Counted from the first letter of the stretch, positions 1 to 9,178 are shown. The stretch: 64,000 nt of DNA from an uncultured Candidatus Saccharibacteria bacterium (GCA_964496425.1 CAZBZO010000002.1:130450-194449), one strand, 5' to 3'. The notes: a model not told the origin generated them from the sequence alone. Numbers and translations: made by a program.

Positions 1-150
1 AGTATCTTTTCCATCAAGAGAGCGTTTGACGCTGCTTTTTTTCCACATCTGATATTGGTAGAGATATTTTGTCAGTATCGGCGTAATCAAAAGGCCGACA
101 CAAAATGAAAAGGCCGAGGAAATAAGTATTTTGACAAGATTGGAAACCAT
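1..150 (-). CDS. mraY: Probable MraY, N-terminal fragment running off the window edge
   Basis: Manual translation MVSNLVKILISSAFSFCVGLLITPILTKYLYQYQMWKK resembles TM1 of CPR MraY; near murE; TATACT -10 just upstream of ATG. Confidence 0.5.
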   Translation of the reverse strand, partial: MVSNLVKILISSAFSFCVGLLITPILTKYLYQYQMWKKSSVKRSLDGKDT

Positions 151-212
151 AGCCTAGGCAGTATAGCCTTTTTTGCCTCAAATTTAAAGCCTTTGTAGTC
201 CCCTACCGCATT

Positions 213-1955
213 CTAGATTACTTCCGCTTGATAGCATTTTTCACAGTAAATTATTTCCGGCCGCTCAGGAGCATAACTGGTTTTGAACTCAGTCTGACAC
301 TTCCCGACGTGATCATGATCCTCGCTTTCACACATGCATTCACGTTGCCAGAAATGCACAGGATTTCTCAATTGAGCCATTTTAAAATTACGAGTATTCG
401 GACATTCCTGAGGTAGTGGAAGATGCCATTTTTGATACATAGCTAGTTCGTCAGGAATAATTTTGAAGGCTTGAGTACATTTATGATTCTGTGCTCCATG
501 TTTGTCTTCATCCCACGCTCTACATAGAATGACTTCCTTTAGCAAGGAATCATTTATTGCATTTTCCGCCATATCCTTCCAGTGTTTTGTTGGTGTGTAA
601 TTTTTTTCTTCAAAACTGTCCCAAGCGTATCCTCGTTCTTTCGCCTCGATTTCAGTTACTGGAACATATTCTTGAGCAAGCGTTTCATTGTATGCGTGAG
701 GAGAGAGCTCGATAGGGAAAAATTCTCCGAACGTAGAAATTTTTCCGTTTTTGTCAGCATATGGATTACTACTCATTTCCGACACCATTTTTTTATACAG
801 TTTTTCGTATTCCTCACGTGTATATACTTTATTTAGAATACAATATTCATTTTTACGAAGAGATACACAACCAAAAGAATTACTTACATGGTCGCAATCA
901 ACAAGGTAGTAGGCGCTTATATTCTGTTCGCCGTTTACACTAAAGAAACAGTTTGAAGAAAAATCAATGTTGTTACATTCATATACAAGCTCACCTGCAT
1001 GCACCCCAAAGACATCCATGGAGTCTTTCTGGCCTTTTCCACCCCGTACAGCATAGTTTTCATTTTCACCATCGTAGATATAGTATGAATTTCGAACATT
1101 TTTTGAACTATAGATGAATTCTCCGGAAACAGTATTGTTACGCTCCCCTGTCATAAATTTATGAATAGCACTCTCTCGAACAAGCTTTCGGAAATGAGTG
1201 AACGCGTCTTCGAATTTTGCACGTGAACTAAATATATTTTTTCGAGTGGCCTCAAATTCCTCCTTTGAGACTTGTTTGTTTAAAACATAGTAATTCTTAT
1301 TCCGAAGATTGTAGCTCAAAAGACAGTTTTGGCAGTTTTTGCAATCAAATAAGAAGGCAGAATCAATACATTGCGAGCAATTCTGTCCAAAAAAAAGTTT
1401 GCTACACCCAACAGAATCGACAGACGCGAAGCATGCTTCACAGTTTCTTATAAATAATGAGTCCCAGCAGTCTTTGCTTTCTAGTACGGTCTGCCCATAA
1501 CTACAATTTTCTGAAAACCAACTACCGAACATCAGGTATCCTCGTTTCATATGTGCTGTATAATTACAGTATTCGCTTTCAGAATTGCTTGTTGAATATG
1601 CCGATGGTCGAGGTGTTTTGTTCAGCAAATCTTTAAATTGTTCAAAAAAAGGAACAGTTGCATCGTATTCTTTACCAAAATCCAAAGGATCCCACTGGTC
1701 ACTCCACCAACATTCATGACAATACACGGGAAATAACACCGTAGGTTTATACATTGAAATAATATTTTTTTTACAAAGATCACAATTTCGTTTATATAAA
1801 GAACGTTCATTTCTCCAAACTAGTTTTCTTGCGAGTCGGCAATCGGGGCAAAAGGTCGGTGGAGGGACTTTGATTTTTTCGTAAAATACAAAATCCTCTG
1901 GTTCGATGATGAAGTCCAGTTTACAGTTTTGACAGTTCCTACTTTCCATCGTCAT
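213..1955 (-). CDS. CPR-type Cys-rich hypothetical protein (terminal zinc ribbons, central Cys-rich repeat region)
   Basis: CxxC pairs (CQNC, CPDC, CDLC, CHEC, C-terminal CEKC); WWSDxWD and GEFFP motifs typical of a widespread CPR family. Confidence 0.75.
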   Translation of the reverse strand: MTMESRNCQNCKLDFIIEPEDFVFYEKIKVPPPTFCPDCRLARKLVWRNERSLYKRNCDLCKKNIISMYKPTVLFPVYCHECWWSDQWDPLDFGKEYDATVPFFEQFKDLLNKTPRPSAYSTSNSESEYCNYTAHMKRGYLMFGSWFSENCSYGQTVLESKDCWDSLFIRNCEACFASVDSVGCSKLFFGQNCSQCIDSAFLFDCKNCQNCLLSYNLRNKNYYVLNKQVSKEEFEATRKNIFSSRAKFEDAFTHFRKLVRESAIHKFMTGERNNTVSGEFIYSSKNVRNSYYIYDGENENYAVRGGKGQKDSMDVFGVHAGELVYECNNIDFSSNCFFSVNGEQNISAYYLVDCDHVSNSFGCVSLRKNEYCILNKVYTREEYEKLYKKMVSEMSSNPYADKNGKISTFGEFFPIELSPHAYNETLAQEYVPVTEIEAKERGYAWDSFEEKNYTPTKHWKDMAENAINDSLLKEVILCRAWDEDKHGAQNHKCTQAFKIIPDELAMYQKWHLPLPQECPNTRNFKMAQLRNPVHFWQRECMCESEDHDHVGKCQTEFKTSYAPERPEIIYCEKCYQAEVI

Positions 1956-1973
1956 TTAGAGAGTCTAGCAAAT

Positions 1974-3275
1974 CTAGACTTTTTTGAGAAGTTCTCGTAC
2001 CACTTCCCGATCGTCCCATGGATGAGAAATGCCATCAATGACGATTGATTGTTCGGCACCTTTGCCGGTGATGAGCACTACATCGCCTGGGCTTGCTAGT
2101 GAAAGAGCTTTTTTAATACCTTTTTTTCGGTCAAGAATGATAAATAAATTTTTATTTTGTGTTTTACCAGCATTTTTTGCAGCGCGTGCAATATCGTCAG
2201 CAATTTCTTTCGGGTCGTCTTCGTACGGATCAACATTTGAGACCACAACAAAATCAGCCTTAGCTCCTACGGCTTCACCCATGACAGCTCGCTTTGTTTT
2301 ATCTCGTCCCCCACCTTCTGCACCCAACAGGACGATTACTTTTTGTGTACCTGCCAAACCTCTCGCTGTATCAAGCACATAGTTCATGCTGGCACCTTCG
2401 TGTGCGTAGTCTACTATCACCATATATGAATCACGTTGCATAATTTCCATACGACCCGGTACCGTAAGGCTATAAAGGGCTTCTTTGATTTTTAGGATGT
2501 CTATTTCGAGCTCATCGCCAAGGATGATTGCAGGCAAGGCGTTCCAAATATTAAATTCGCCAAGTAGCGATAGGTCGTAAGCAATACTCCCGACACTGAA
2601 ATGTACACCTTTCGGGTCTGAGGAAATAGTATGAGCTTGGTAGTCTGCCTCAGAAACACCAAAAGTGCGATGAAGATCCGCGGGAAAAGAGAGGTAGTAT
2701 TCGGACTCTTTGTCGTCGATGTTCGCGCATATTATTTTTTTTACTTCTTTTCCAGCGATTATTTTTTTCTTAGAAAGTGCCAATGTTCGAAAGAGCTCGC
2801 CTTTTGTGGTTTTATACTCTTCAAAATTATTGTGATGCGAAGAAAGATGTTCAGGAGTCAGGTTGGTAAAAATAGCCGCGTCAAAATCTATTCCCTGTTG
2901 CCTGCCTTGCTTAAGCCCCTCCGATGTTACTTCCATGACGGTATGGGTACAGCCTGCCGCTACCATTTCACGCAAAAGCTTCTGGATAACAAATGGGTCA
3001 GGCATAGTCATGTGGTAGCTATTGAGCACCTCGCTGCCTCCTATCCGAATATTGGCAGTGCCGATAAGACCTGTAGTGTAGCCACCGCCTTCCAGTACCG
3101 CCCAGACATAGTTGGCTGTTGTGGTCTTTCCTTTTGTGCCAGTCACCCCTATCATGACAAGTTCCCTTGAAGGATACCCGTAATAGTAGGCAGCCAAGCG
3201 AGCTTTTTGCGTGTGATACCAAAGAAAAATTTTCTCTGGTAAAATCGTTTTTAGAATTTTTTTAAATGCCATCAT
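1974..3275 (-). CDS. murE: UDP-MurNAc-tripeptide synthetase
   Basis: GVTGTKGKTT P-loop, MEVTSEG, FTNLTPEHL, VPGRME, VDYAH, GKGAE. Confidence 0.92.
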   Translation of the reverse strand: MMAFKKILKTILPEKIFLWYHTQKARLAAYYYGYPSRELVMIGVTGTKGKTTTANYVWAVLEGGGYTTGLIGTANIRIGGSEVLNSYHMTMPDPFVIQKLLREMVAAGCTHTVMEVTSEGLKQGRQQGIDFDAAIFTNLTPEHLSSHHNNFEEYKTTKGELFRTLALSKKKIIAGKEVKKIICANIDDKESEYYLSFPADLHRTFGVSEADYQAHTISSDPKGVHFSVGSIAYDLSLLGEFNIWNALPAIILGDELEIDILKIKEALYSLTVPGRMEIMQRDSYMVIVDYAHEGASMNYVLDTARGLAGTQKVIVLLGAEGGGRDKTKRAVMGEAVGAKADFVVVSNVDPYEDDPKEIADDIARAAKNAGKTQNKNLFIILDRKKGIKKALSLASPGDVVLITGKGAEQSIVIDGISHPWDDREVVRELLKKV

Positions 3276-4710
3276 TTAGAAGTTCGGGGCTTAGGGTATC
3301 TTCAAGAAGTGGGCTTTCCGTGAGGCTTATGTATTGATGTATCCACGCTCGCAACGCATTAATATCAGCTTGGTTACCGCTTGAGTGAAGTGTAATAAAT
3401 ACAATTGGTCTTGTGGTCGTACCGATCGGAACATTGAAAAGAAATACTCCGGTCCGCCACGCTTCCGGCGTGGAACCAACCTTGCCGCCGATAAAAGCGG
3501 GATCGTTCATGAATAAATTGTAATTTTTGAGATTCTGAAAACTAACCGCACCAAAATCTGTATACACATGTCCTTTGGTAATTTCATATATCCACGGACG
3601 ATTGTTGTAAATATACCGTGCTAGTTTGTAGAGATCTTGGGCGCTACTGGTATTTTGTGGATCAATACCATAGGCATCGTTGAAAGAAGTATCTTCCATT
3701 TCCAAAGATTTAGCTCGTTTATTCATGAGAGTAATAAAATTCTCCTGTCCTTGATGCATGGCAAGAGCTTCGGCCGCATCGTTTGAAGACGGCATGAGAA
3801 GCGGATAGAGTAATTCAAAATATGAATATGTTTGCCCCAAGGAGAGACTTGAAAGGTCACCGTAAGGTTCTGTCATGGGTGACGTAATAGTGATTTGAGA
3901 TGTCATATGTTCTTTAAAAGAGAGAAGATTAAATTCTGAAGCGATAAGCGCGGTCATGAGTTTTGTTACTGAAGCAAGCGGAAAAGCACTGGTCGCATTT
4001 TTCTCAAGCAAAATCGTACCGTTTTTTAGATCGGCGACCAAATACGCAGTCGCTGTCACATCTGGCAATGTGGGTGTTTCAAGAGGATACGGATATACGA
4101 ACTCATCATTTTCAAAATCAGTTTCATGTACGATGACAGGAGTATTTTTCGTTGTTGCTCGGTATAGTGCTTCCGCATCATCTACTGCCAGATTAATACA
4201 ACCACTTGAAAAAGAGTTGGGTAATGTCAAACCTTCTTTAGTGTACGGCAAGCCATGGATTGAATAATTGCCTTGGAAAACCATATTCCATGGCATATAG
4301 ACCTGACCGAGGCTTGAAAGATGAACTTCTTCTTTTGTATGTACATCAAACACTCCTGAAACAGTCTCCCCCCAGCTCCCTTGCTGCCCTTTTATTTTGA
4401 TGGGAAATCTTTGTTCTTCTTTTCCATTTTTATATTGTATGAGCACCATCTTCCCAAGATCGGCTTCAAGAAAATCTTTTTTAGATTCAATGAAACTTTT
4501 TTTAGTATTTGAAAAAAGAGGAGCTATCGTCCGGTACTCGCCAGGCAAAGCTTCTGCTTCGACCCCTTTTGTTATAGTATCTACTGCTACTGTTGCGACC
4601 ATTACTTCGGGTGTTGTTTTTGTGAAAAAATATTTATAAGAAACAAAAAAAGCCAAAACTGAGGCTGTAAGATATATTAAAATCGATGTGCGTAAAAATA
4701 TTTTTTTCAT
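3262..4710 (-). CDS. Membrane-anchored L,D-transpeptidase (YkuD) fused to an S11 D-Ala-D-Ala carboxypeptidase
   Basis: N-terminal TM; IHGLP...SSGCINL LDT motif; ASVTK (SxxK), SSN (SxN), GKVG (KTG-like). Confidence 0.85.
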   Translation of the reverse strand: MKKIFLRTSILIYLTASVLAFFVSYKYFFTKTTPEVMVATVAVDTITKGVEAEALPGEYRTIAPLFSNTKKSFIESKKDFLEADLGKMVLIQYKNGKEEQRFPIKIKGQQGSWGETVSGVFDVHTKEEVHLSSLGQVYMPWNMVFQGNYSIHGLPYTKEGLTLPNSFSSGCINLAVDDAEALYRATTKNTPVIVHETDFENDEFVYPYPLETPTLPDVTATAYLVADLKNGTILLEKNATSAFPLASVTKLMTALIASEFNLLSFKEHMTSQITITSPMTEPYGDLSSLSLGQTYSYFELLYPLLMPSSNDAAEALAMHQGQENFITLMNKRAKSLEMEDTSFNDAYGIDPQNTSSAQDLYKLARYIYNNRPWIYEITKGHVYTDFGAVSFQNLKNYNLFMNDPAFIGGKVGSTPEAWRTGVFLFNVPIGTTTRPIVFITLHSSGNQADINALRAWIHQYISLTESPLLEDTLSPELLNDGI

Positions 4711-4715
4711 ACCCC

Positions 4716-5669
4716 TTATTTTTTCTTTTGTATATCTATGCTTTGTGTATACGCTTCTGCTTTCTCTGCTAATAGTACTGAGTCGGTAAAACGTCCATCG
4801 ACTGTTGAGCCCAAAACTATGCTGCTAATACGATGGTGATTGCGTGTTTCAAAAAGCATTGCAAGATTCCCGCCGGCAAGAATAGTATATCCTGTTTTTG
4901 ATGCAATGATATGTGGAAACATATTTATCGAAGCGTTCGTATTTATGGTTGTATGAGGAACTCCACTCAAGGATGAAATAGTTATACCAGCATAGGTGCT
5001 TTCATGAAAAAGACTCGGATGTATTTCTACCGCATACTCAAATAAAAGTGCAAGGTCTCGTGCACTGCCAGTGCCGCCGGCGGTCGTAGCGTCTTCATCA
5101 AGTCCGGTGGCGTTGTTGAACTTTAAGGATAAAAGTGAGAGAGCCTCCGCTTTTCTATTCATAGCATCGATAAAAAAAGGTAAGCTGAGGTCAGGTGTGC
5201 CTGCCTCGGTCAGTATGTTCTCTGTTGCCTCCCCAATTGCCTCTGCGGCATCGTTTGAAGAAGCGACCAGCATAAATGACGCAAGATCGTGAAGTAAAAA
5301 TTGCTCAAACGGAATAAAGCCGCTATCGCCATGCTCTCCAATCGAGTGTGGTGTGATGGTCACCACAGTATCCTCCGGCAAGTAATCAAGTGCCACTATC
5401 GCAGTCATTACTTTTACAATAGATGCGAGCGGCAGCGGTAGGGTACTGTTTTTTTCATATAGAATCTCTCCAGTAGTATGGTCGTAGACATACGCAGCAT
5501 GAGCTGAAAGCTCGAGCCCGTCAAACATACTTTGTTTTAATTGGCTGTCGGGTACAAGTTCTTGCGTATCTTTTTCTTTTATATTCTGACTTCCAAAAAA
5601 CACTGCAAGCACCACTAGGATACCTACTATAAGGGTACTGCGCATTTTAGACTTCGGGGTTGTATCCAT
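4716..5669 (-). CDS. D-alanyl-D-alanine carboxypeptidase (peptidase S11)
   Basis: N-terminal TM; ASIVK, SSN, SKTG motifs. Confidence 0.88.
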   Translation of the reverse strand: MDTTPKSKMRSTLIVGILVVLAVFFGSQNIKEKDTQELVPDSQLKQSMFDGLELSAHAAYVYDHTTGEILYEKNSTLPLPLASIVKVMTAIVALDYLPEDTVVTITPHSIGEHGDSGFIPFEQFLLHDLASFMLVASSNDAAEAIGEATENILTEAGTPDLSLPFFIDAMNRKAEALSLLSLKFNNATGLDEDATTAGGTGSARDLALLFEYAVEIHPSLFHESTYAGITISSLSGVPHTTINTNASINMFPHIIASKTGYTILAGGNLAMLFETRNHHRISSIVLGSTVDGRFTDSVLLAEKAEAYTQSIDIQKKK

Positions 5670-5671
5670 GA

Positions 5672-6226
5672 CTACTGAATTTCTTCGGAAGCGATTTCCT
5701 TTGTATCGGACACATGCCCCGCCAATAAATCTTTAAATCCAGAAAATTCAGGCATATCCTCAATACGCGAAAGTCCCATGAATGAAATGAGGTCGAGGGT
5801 CGGCTTGTATATCACCTTGCGGTTATCGTCAGGATGAGCACTTTTTTCGATCAAGCCACGTATCATGAGATTGCGTAAAATAAAACTAGAATTCACACCA
5901 CGAATGTAATCAATATCGCTTCGCGCCGCACCGTTTTTGTACACAATAATCGAAAGTGTTTCAAGACTCGCACGAGAAAGTTCTTTGGAGAGTTCATCCT
6001 TTCGCAAACTCTCAAGCATACTAGAGAGTGCGGCTGAAGTCCCGAGCATTACTTCTTCCTCTTTTCGCACGAGGGTCAATCCCCTCCCTCGTAGTTTTTC
6101 TTCCAATACCACAAGTGACGCTTCTACTTCTTCTGGTGCTACTTGGATAAGTCTCGCAATATCCCATATCTTCATCGGCTCTCCCTTAAAGAAAAGCAAG
6201 CCTTCAATTTGTGCATCAAGTTCCAT
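5672..6226 (-). CDS. scpB: SMC-Scp complex subunit ScpB
   Basis: LSRASLETLSIIVY, IDYIRGVNS motifs; adjacent to scpA. Confidence 0.93.
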   Translation of the reverse strand: MELDAQIEGLLFFKGEPMKIWDIARLIQVAPEEVEASLVVLEEKLRGRGLTLVRKEEEVMLGTSAALSSMLESLRKDELSKELSRASLETLSIIVYKNGAARSDIDYIRGVNSSFILRNLMIRGLIEKSAHPDDNRKVIYKPTLDLISFMGLSRIEDMPEFSGFKDLLAGHVSDTKEIASEEIQ

Positions 6227-6237
6227 GTTTTTTTCTC

Positions 6238-7008
6238 TTATCTAGTAATATCCTCCATTGTTGGTCGTGCTTTTTGAATCGTCATATCGTCAAATGTTTC
6301 GCTTTGCACAACTTCAAGCACACCGCCACGCACCATTTCTAAAAGCGCTAAAAAAGAAACAATCATATACACTTTCTCTTCTTTGTGGTTTTGTGGATTT
6401 GGGTGTTTGGCAAAATCTCGAAAGCTCATAGAGAGGGCGTTCTTTATTCGCTCGGTGAGGTTCGTAATAACCTCATCGATGTTAATGACCCGAGCTACAT
6501 TTACTTCTTGGAGAACTTCTGTCGCAGGTATTTGCGAAACGACACTACCAATACATTCCCGAAGTGCTGCTATGGTAATTTGCTGATCGGGGCTAAAGAT
6601 TGGCGTAGAGAAATCGCGCTCAGGCGCAGAAAAAACAATTTCTTTGCCAAACTTTTCTTTTACGTAGACGCTAGCATCCTTGATCGCAGCATAAAGCTTT
6701 AGTCGTGCTTCAAGATCAACAATTTTCTCTTCCTCTTCCGGCGTGAGCGAAAGGTTGGGTAAAAGCGAACGTGACTTAATGAGTATCAGTGTTGCCGCCA
6801 CAATAATAAAATTGCTGGCAACATGCAAATAGTCATCACCTTTCTCAGCGGCTAAATTGCGGACATATTCCACATAGTCATTGGTTACCTCAGCCAATGA
6901 AAGCTCGTTGATAAAAAGCTTACGCGATTCGATCAAATTCAAGAGCAAATCAAGCGGCCCCTCAAAAGTGCCGGTTTTGATAGTGTATTGTGTAGTCGTC
7001 TCAGTCAC
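6238..7008 (-). CDS. scpA: Segregation/condensation protein ScpA
   Basis: FEGPLDLLL N-terminus; C-terminal FLALLE motif. Confidence 0.93.
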   Translation of the reverse strand: MTETTTQYTIKTGTFEGPLDLLLNLIESRKLFINELSLAEVTNDYVEYVRNLAAEKGDDYLHVASNFIIVAATLILIKSRSLLPNLSLTPEEEEKIVDLEARLKLYAAIKDASVYVKEKFGKEIVFSAPERDFSTPIFSPDQQITIAALRECIGSVVSQIPATEVLQEVNVARVINIDEVITNLTERIKNALSMSFRDFAKHPNPQNHKEEKVYMIVSFLALLEMVRGGVLEVVQSETFDDMTIQKARPTMEDITR

Positions 7009-7079
7009 CAGCGTATTTTAGACTAAAGTGCTTAATATTCCAAGGTTTTTGACTAGATACATGTTTTATTGCTAAATAC

Positions 7080-7108
7080 TTGACAGTAAGAATCTTTATT
7101 GGTAAGGT
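7080..7108 (+). promoter_or_regulatory. Sigma70 promoter of the Arg leader/deaminase unit
   Basis: TTGACA (7080-85), 17 nt, TG-n-TAAGGT (7103-08); GTG start 6 nt downstream. Confidence 0.75.
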
Positions 7109-7114
7109 AAAAGA

Positions 7115-7204
7115 GTGAAAACATATCAGGCACAAATTAACAACCTTCGTCGAGCAGACTCTTTTGAGGCTGCTTGTGAGCGTTTGTGTGCCACCTTCTC
7201 CTAA
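7115..7204 (+). CDS. Putative attenuator leader peptide, 29 aa, with tandem Arg codons CGT-CGA
   Basis: MKTYQAQINNLRRADSFEAACERLCATFS*; Arg codons 7148-7153 abut hairpin 1:2 (7151-61/7166-76); segment 2 can pair with the terminator 5' arm. Confidence 0.65.
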   Translation: MKTYQAQINNLRRADSFEAACERLCATFS

Positions 7205-7228
7205 ATCTCCACAAACATAGCGAACTTT

Positions 7229-7263
7229 CAAAAGCGGCCTTAACCAGAGGCCGCTTTTGTTTG
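7229..7263 (+). terminator. Intrinsic terminator of the attenuator
   Basis: AAAAGCGGCCT-taaccag-AGGCCGCTTTT followed by GTTTG. Confidence 0.8.
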
Positions 7264-7333
7264 TGCGTCATTTCTAACTACGATGCAAACAAATAATAAA
7301 AGTTAGAAGGTAGTACCTTAAAAATTTCACAAA

Positions 7334-7801
7334 ATGAAAAAAATCAAACCTCATCACAATTTTTTCATGGAAAAAGCTATCTTGGAAGCTCGAAAGTCAT
7401 CCTCAGGAGAATTTAAGATTGGTGCTATTGTAGTTTATCGCAATAAAATTATTGGTCGTGGTACACCGAAAGACCACATAACTCTTAACCCAGTAAAGCA
7501 TGCAGAAGTCGTAGCAATACAAAAAGCATGTAAATTTCTTAAAACCAATTTACTGCATGGATGTAGTATTTATGTGACCGCTGAGCCGTGTCTTATGTGT
7601 TCATCAATAATTTTCCAAGCAAAAATACCCATCATTGTATTTGGCGCCAAAAGATCACTGTTGCCACTTCGAAAAAGAGATGTGAGTATTCATGATCTTG
7701 TGCATGATTCTGGCTATAATCCAGAAATTGTTTCAGGGATACTTGAAGAAAAAACATTAAAAGTTTTTAATTCAAAATTCAAATGTTGTACCAAAAAGTA
7801 G
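7334..7801 (+). CDS. Zn-dependent nucleoside/nucleobase deaminase (TadA/guanine-deaminase-like)
   Basis: HAE and EPCLMC Zn motifs, IGAIVV; lacks the TadA-specific DPKTG motif. Confidence 0.85.
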   Translation: MKKIKPHHNFFMEKAILEARKSSSGEFKIGAIVVYRNKIIGRGTPKDHITLNPVKHAEVVAIQKACKFLKTNLLHGCSIYVTAEPCLMCSSIIFQAKIPIIVFGAKRSLLPLRKRDVSIHDLVHDSGYNPEIVSGILEEKTLKVFNSKFKCCTKK

Positions 7802-7824
7802 TCTTAACCAGAGGCCCTTTTGTT
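7794..7824 (+). repeat. Degenerate second copy of the 7229-7262 terminator
   Basis: aaaagtagtCTTAACCAGAGGCCcttttgtt versus aaaagcggcCTTAACCAGAGGCCgcttttgtt. Confidence 0.75.
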
Positions 7825-7847
7825 ATTTAACAGCTAAATACGTAAAA

Positions 7848-8642
7848 ATGAACAAAAAGAACATTGTTTCTCAAGTGAAAGAACTGGAGGTCTTTTACAA
7901 AAAAAAGAAAATCAGTTATGAAAAATTCATGCAAAGACTCGATACGCTAATAAAGAATCAGAAAACTATAAAAGAGATTCGACTTCTACTCATTGAGTTT
8001 GCTGATAAAAATCTTTCGCTCAAGTCCGATACTGCTCACTCTTACTACTGGCATGTCTATAGCGCTTTGTTTTGCAAGCTCTACCATCATGAGAATTCAA
8101 CATTGCAGGATTTAGAATTTTTGGTGGAAATTTTAAAACAAACAGGTTGGTATTCTCTTAGTGGTGAGTACCATGAAAAAACAAATGAATATCAGCAAAA
8201 TCACTACGATATTTATTCTTGTCTTTTAAAAGCTCTCATCAAAAGAACACGTAGCAAAACCAAGCTCTGGAAAATTCATGATTTTTGCGTGGGTGACAAA
8301 AGATTTAGTAATCAATTCCCAGGTTTTTGGGCGAAATGTATAAAAAAAATAACCCCAAAAATTTCTGAGCAATGGGAAGTAGAGTATATGTATAAGAATG
8401 CTATGTACGTCGACCTAAGTTTTGCAGATGATTTTAATCAAAGAGTAAAAAATAAAGAGAATTATTGGGAATTGTATTATTGGTATGCATCTTCCACTAA
8501 GTATGGCGATTCTTTATTAGACATAATTGGCAATTTAAGTCAGGATCCCGAAGAAGTATGGAAGGTTAAAAATTTAATAACCGATGAGCAAAAGCAGGAT
8601 TTACTACTAAAAAAGTATATTGATCTTAAATTGCTTCAATAA
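7848..8642 (+). CDS. Hypothetical protein (AT-rich ORFan)
   Basis: 264 aa ORF followed by a terminator; no motif recognised. Confidence 0.7.
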   Translation: MNKKNIVSQVKELEVFYKKKKISYEKFMQRLDTLIKNQKTIKEIRLLLIEFADKNLSLKSDTAHSYYWHVYSALFCKLYHHENSTLQDLEFLVEILKQTGWYSLSGEYHEKTNEYQQNHYDIYSCLLKALIKRTRSKTKLWKIHDFCVGDKRFSNQFPGFWAKCIKKITPKISEQWEVEYMYKNAMYVDLSFADDFNQRVKNKENYWELYYWYASSTKYGDSLLDIIGNLSQDPEEVWKVKNLITDEQKQDLLLKKYIDLKLLQ

Positions 8643-8653
8643 TCTACAATATA

Positions 8654-8688
8654 AAGGGCTTTTGTAAAATACAAAAGCCCTTTTATTT
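8654..8688 (+). terminator. Intrinsic terminator
   Basis: AAAGGGCTTTTGTA-aaa-TACAAAAGCCCTTT plus T run. Confidence 0.8.
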
Positions 8689-8729
8689 TCACAGTTATGA
8701 AAGAAAAGTTTTCCACAGTTTCAAATAGC

Positions 8730-8767
8730 TACTTTATTTGACTAAAGTACTTTAGTTTGCTAAAGTA
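8730..8767 (+). promoter_or_regulatory. Two overlapping HisR/YerC-type operators covering the repressor's own promoter
   Basis: TACTTTAT-ttga-CTAAAGTA (8730-49) and TACTTTAG-tttg-CTAAAGTA (8748-67); promoter TTGACT(8738)-17-TAAAGT(8761). Confidence 0.8.
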
Positions 8768-8773
8768 GACGGC

Positions 8774-9178
8774 ATGAAGACAGAAAGCGGAAAATTAAAG
8801 ACTGTGTATCGGAAAGGCCAAGAGATTGGCTCCGATATGGACTGGAAGGCCAAGGATAAGGCCAGCCTTTTGGATGCACTCCTCTCCCCTAAAAATGCTG
8901 AAGAAATGGCACGGTTCTTGCGTGATCTTATGACTCAGCAAGAGATCGAAGAATTCGCTAAGCGCTTCGAGGCTGCCCGCATGCTCTCTCGCGATATTCA
9001 ATACAATGCCATCATCGAGAAAACAGGCCTCTCCTCTGCGACTGTGGCTCGCATTGCCAAATGGCTTCGCGGCTCGCTTGGTGGCTATCGGCTTGTATTA
9101 GATCGCATTTCAAGTGTACATCATCACACTCATGCTGTTTCTCCTGCTCGGGAGCGGACTGTCTTGATGCGTACGTAA
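8774..9178 (+). CDS. YerC/YecD (HisR-like) TrpR-family repressor with His-rich C-terminal tail
   Basis: FLRDLMT.QE..., TGLSSATVARIAKWL...GGY HTH pattern; ends HHHTHAVSPARERTVLMRT. Confidence 0.88.
   Translation: MKTESGKLKTVYRKGQEIGSDMDWKAKDKASLLDALLSPKNAEEMARFLRDLMTQQEIEEFAKRFEAARMLSRDIQYNAIIEKTGLSSATVARIAKWLRGSLGGYRLVLDRISSVHHHTHAVSPARERTVLMRT

Noticed and set aside
7011-7079. Additional HisR operators (GACTAAAGTG, GCTAAATAC)
   Set aside because: Only half-sites match and there is no convincing palindrome; weak binding cannot be excluded
7001-7231. 76-aa minus-strand ORF
   Set aside because: Antisense to the promoter and leader peptide; no protein-like features
7334-7801. Gene symbol tadA
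   Set aside because: Zn motifs are present but TadA-specific residues are missing, so the substrate is unresolved
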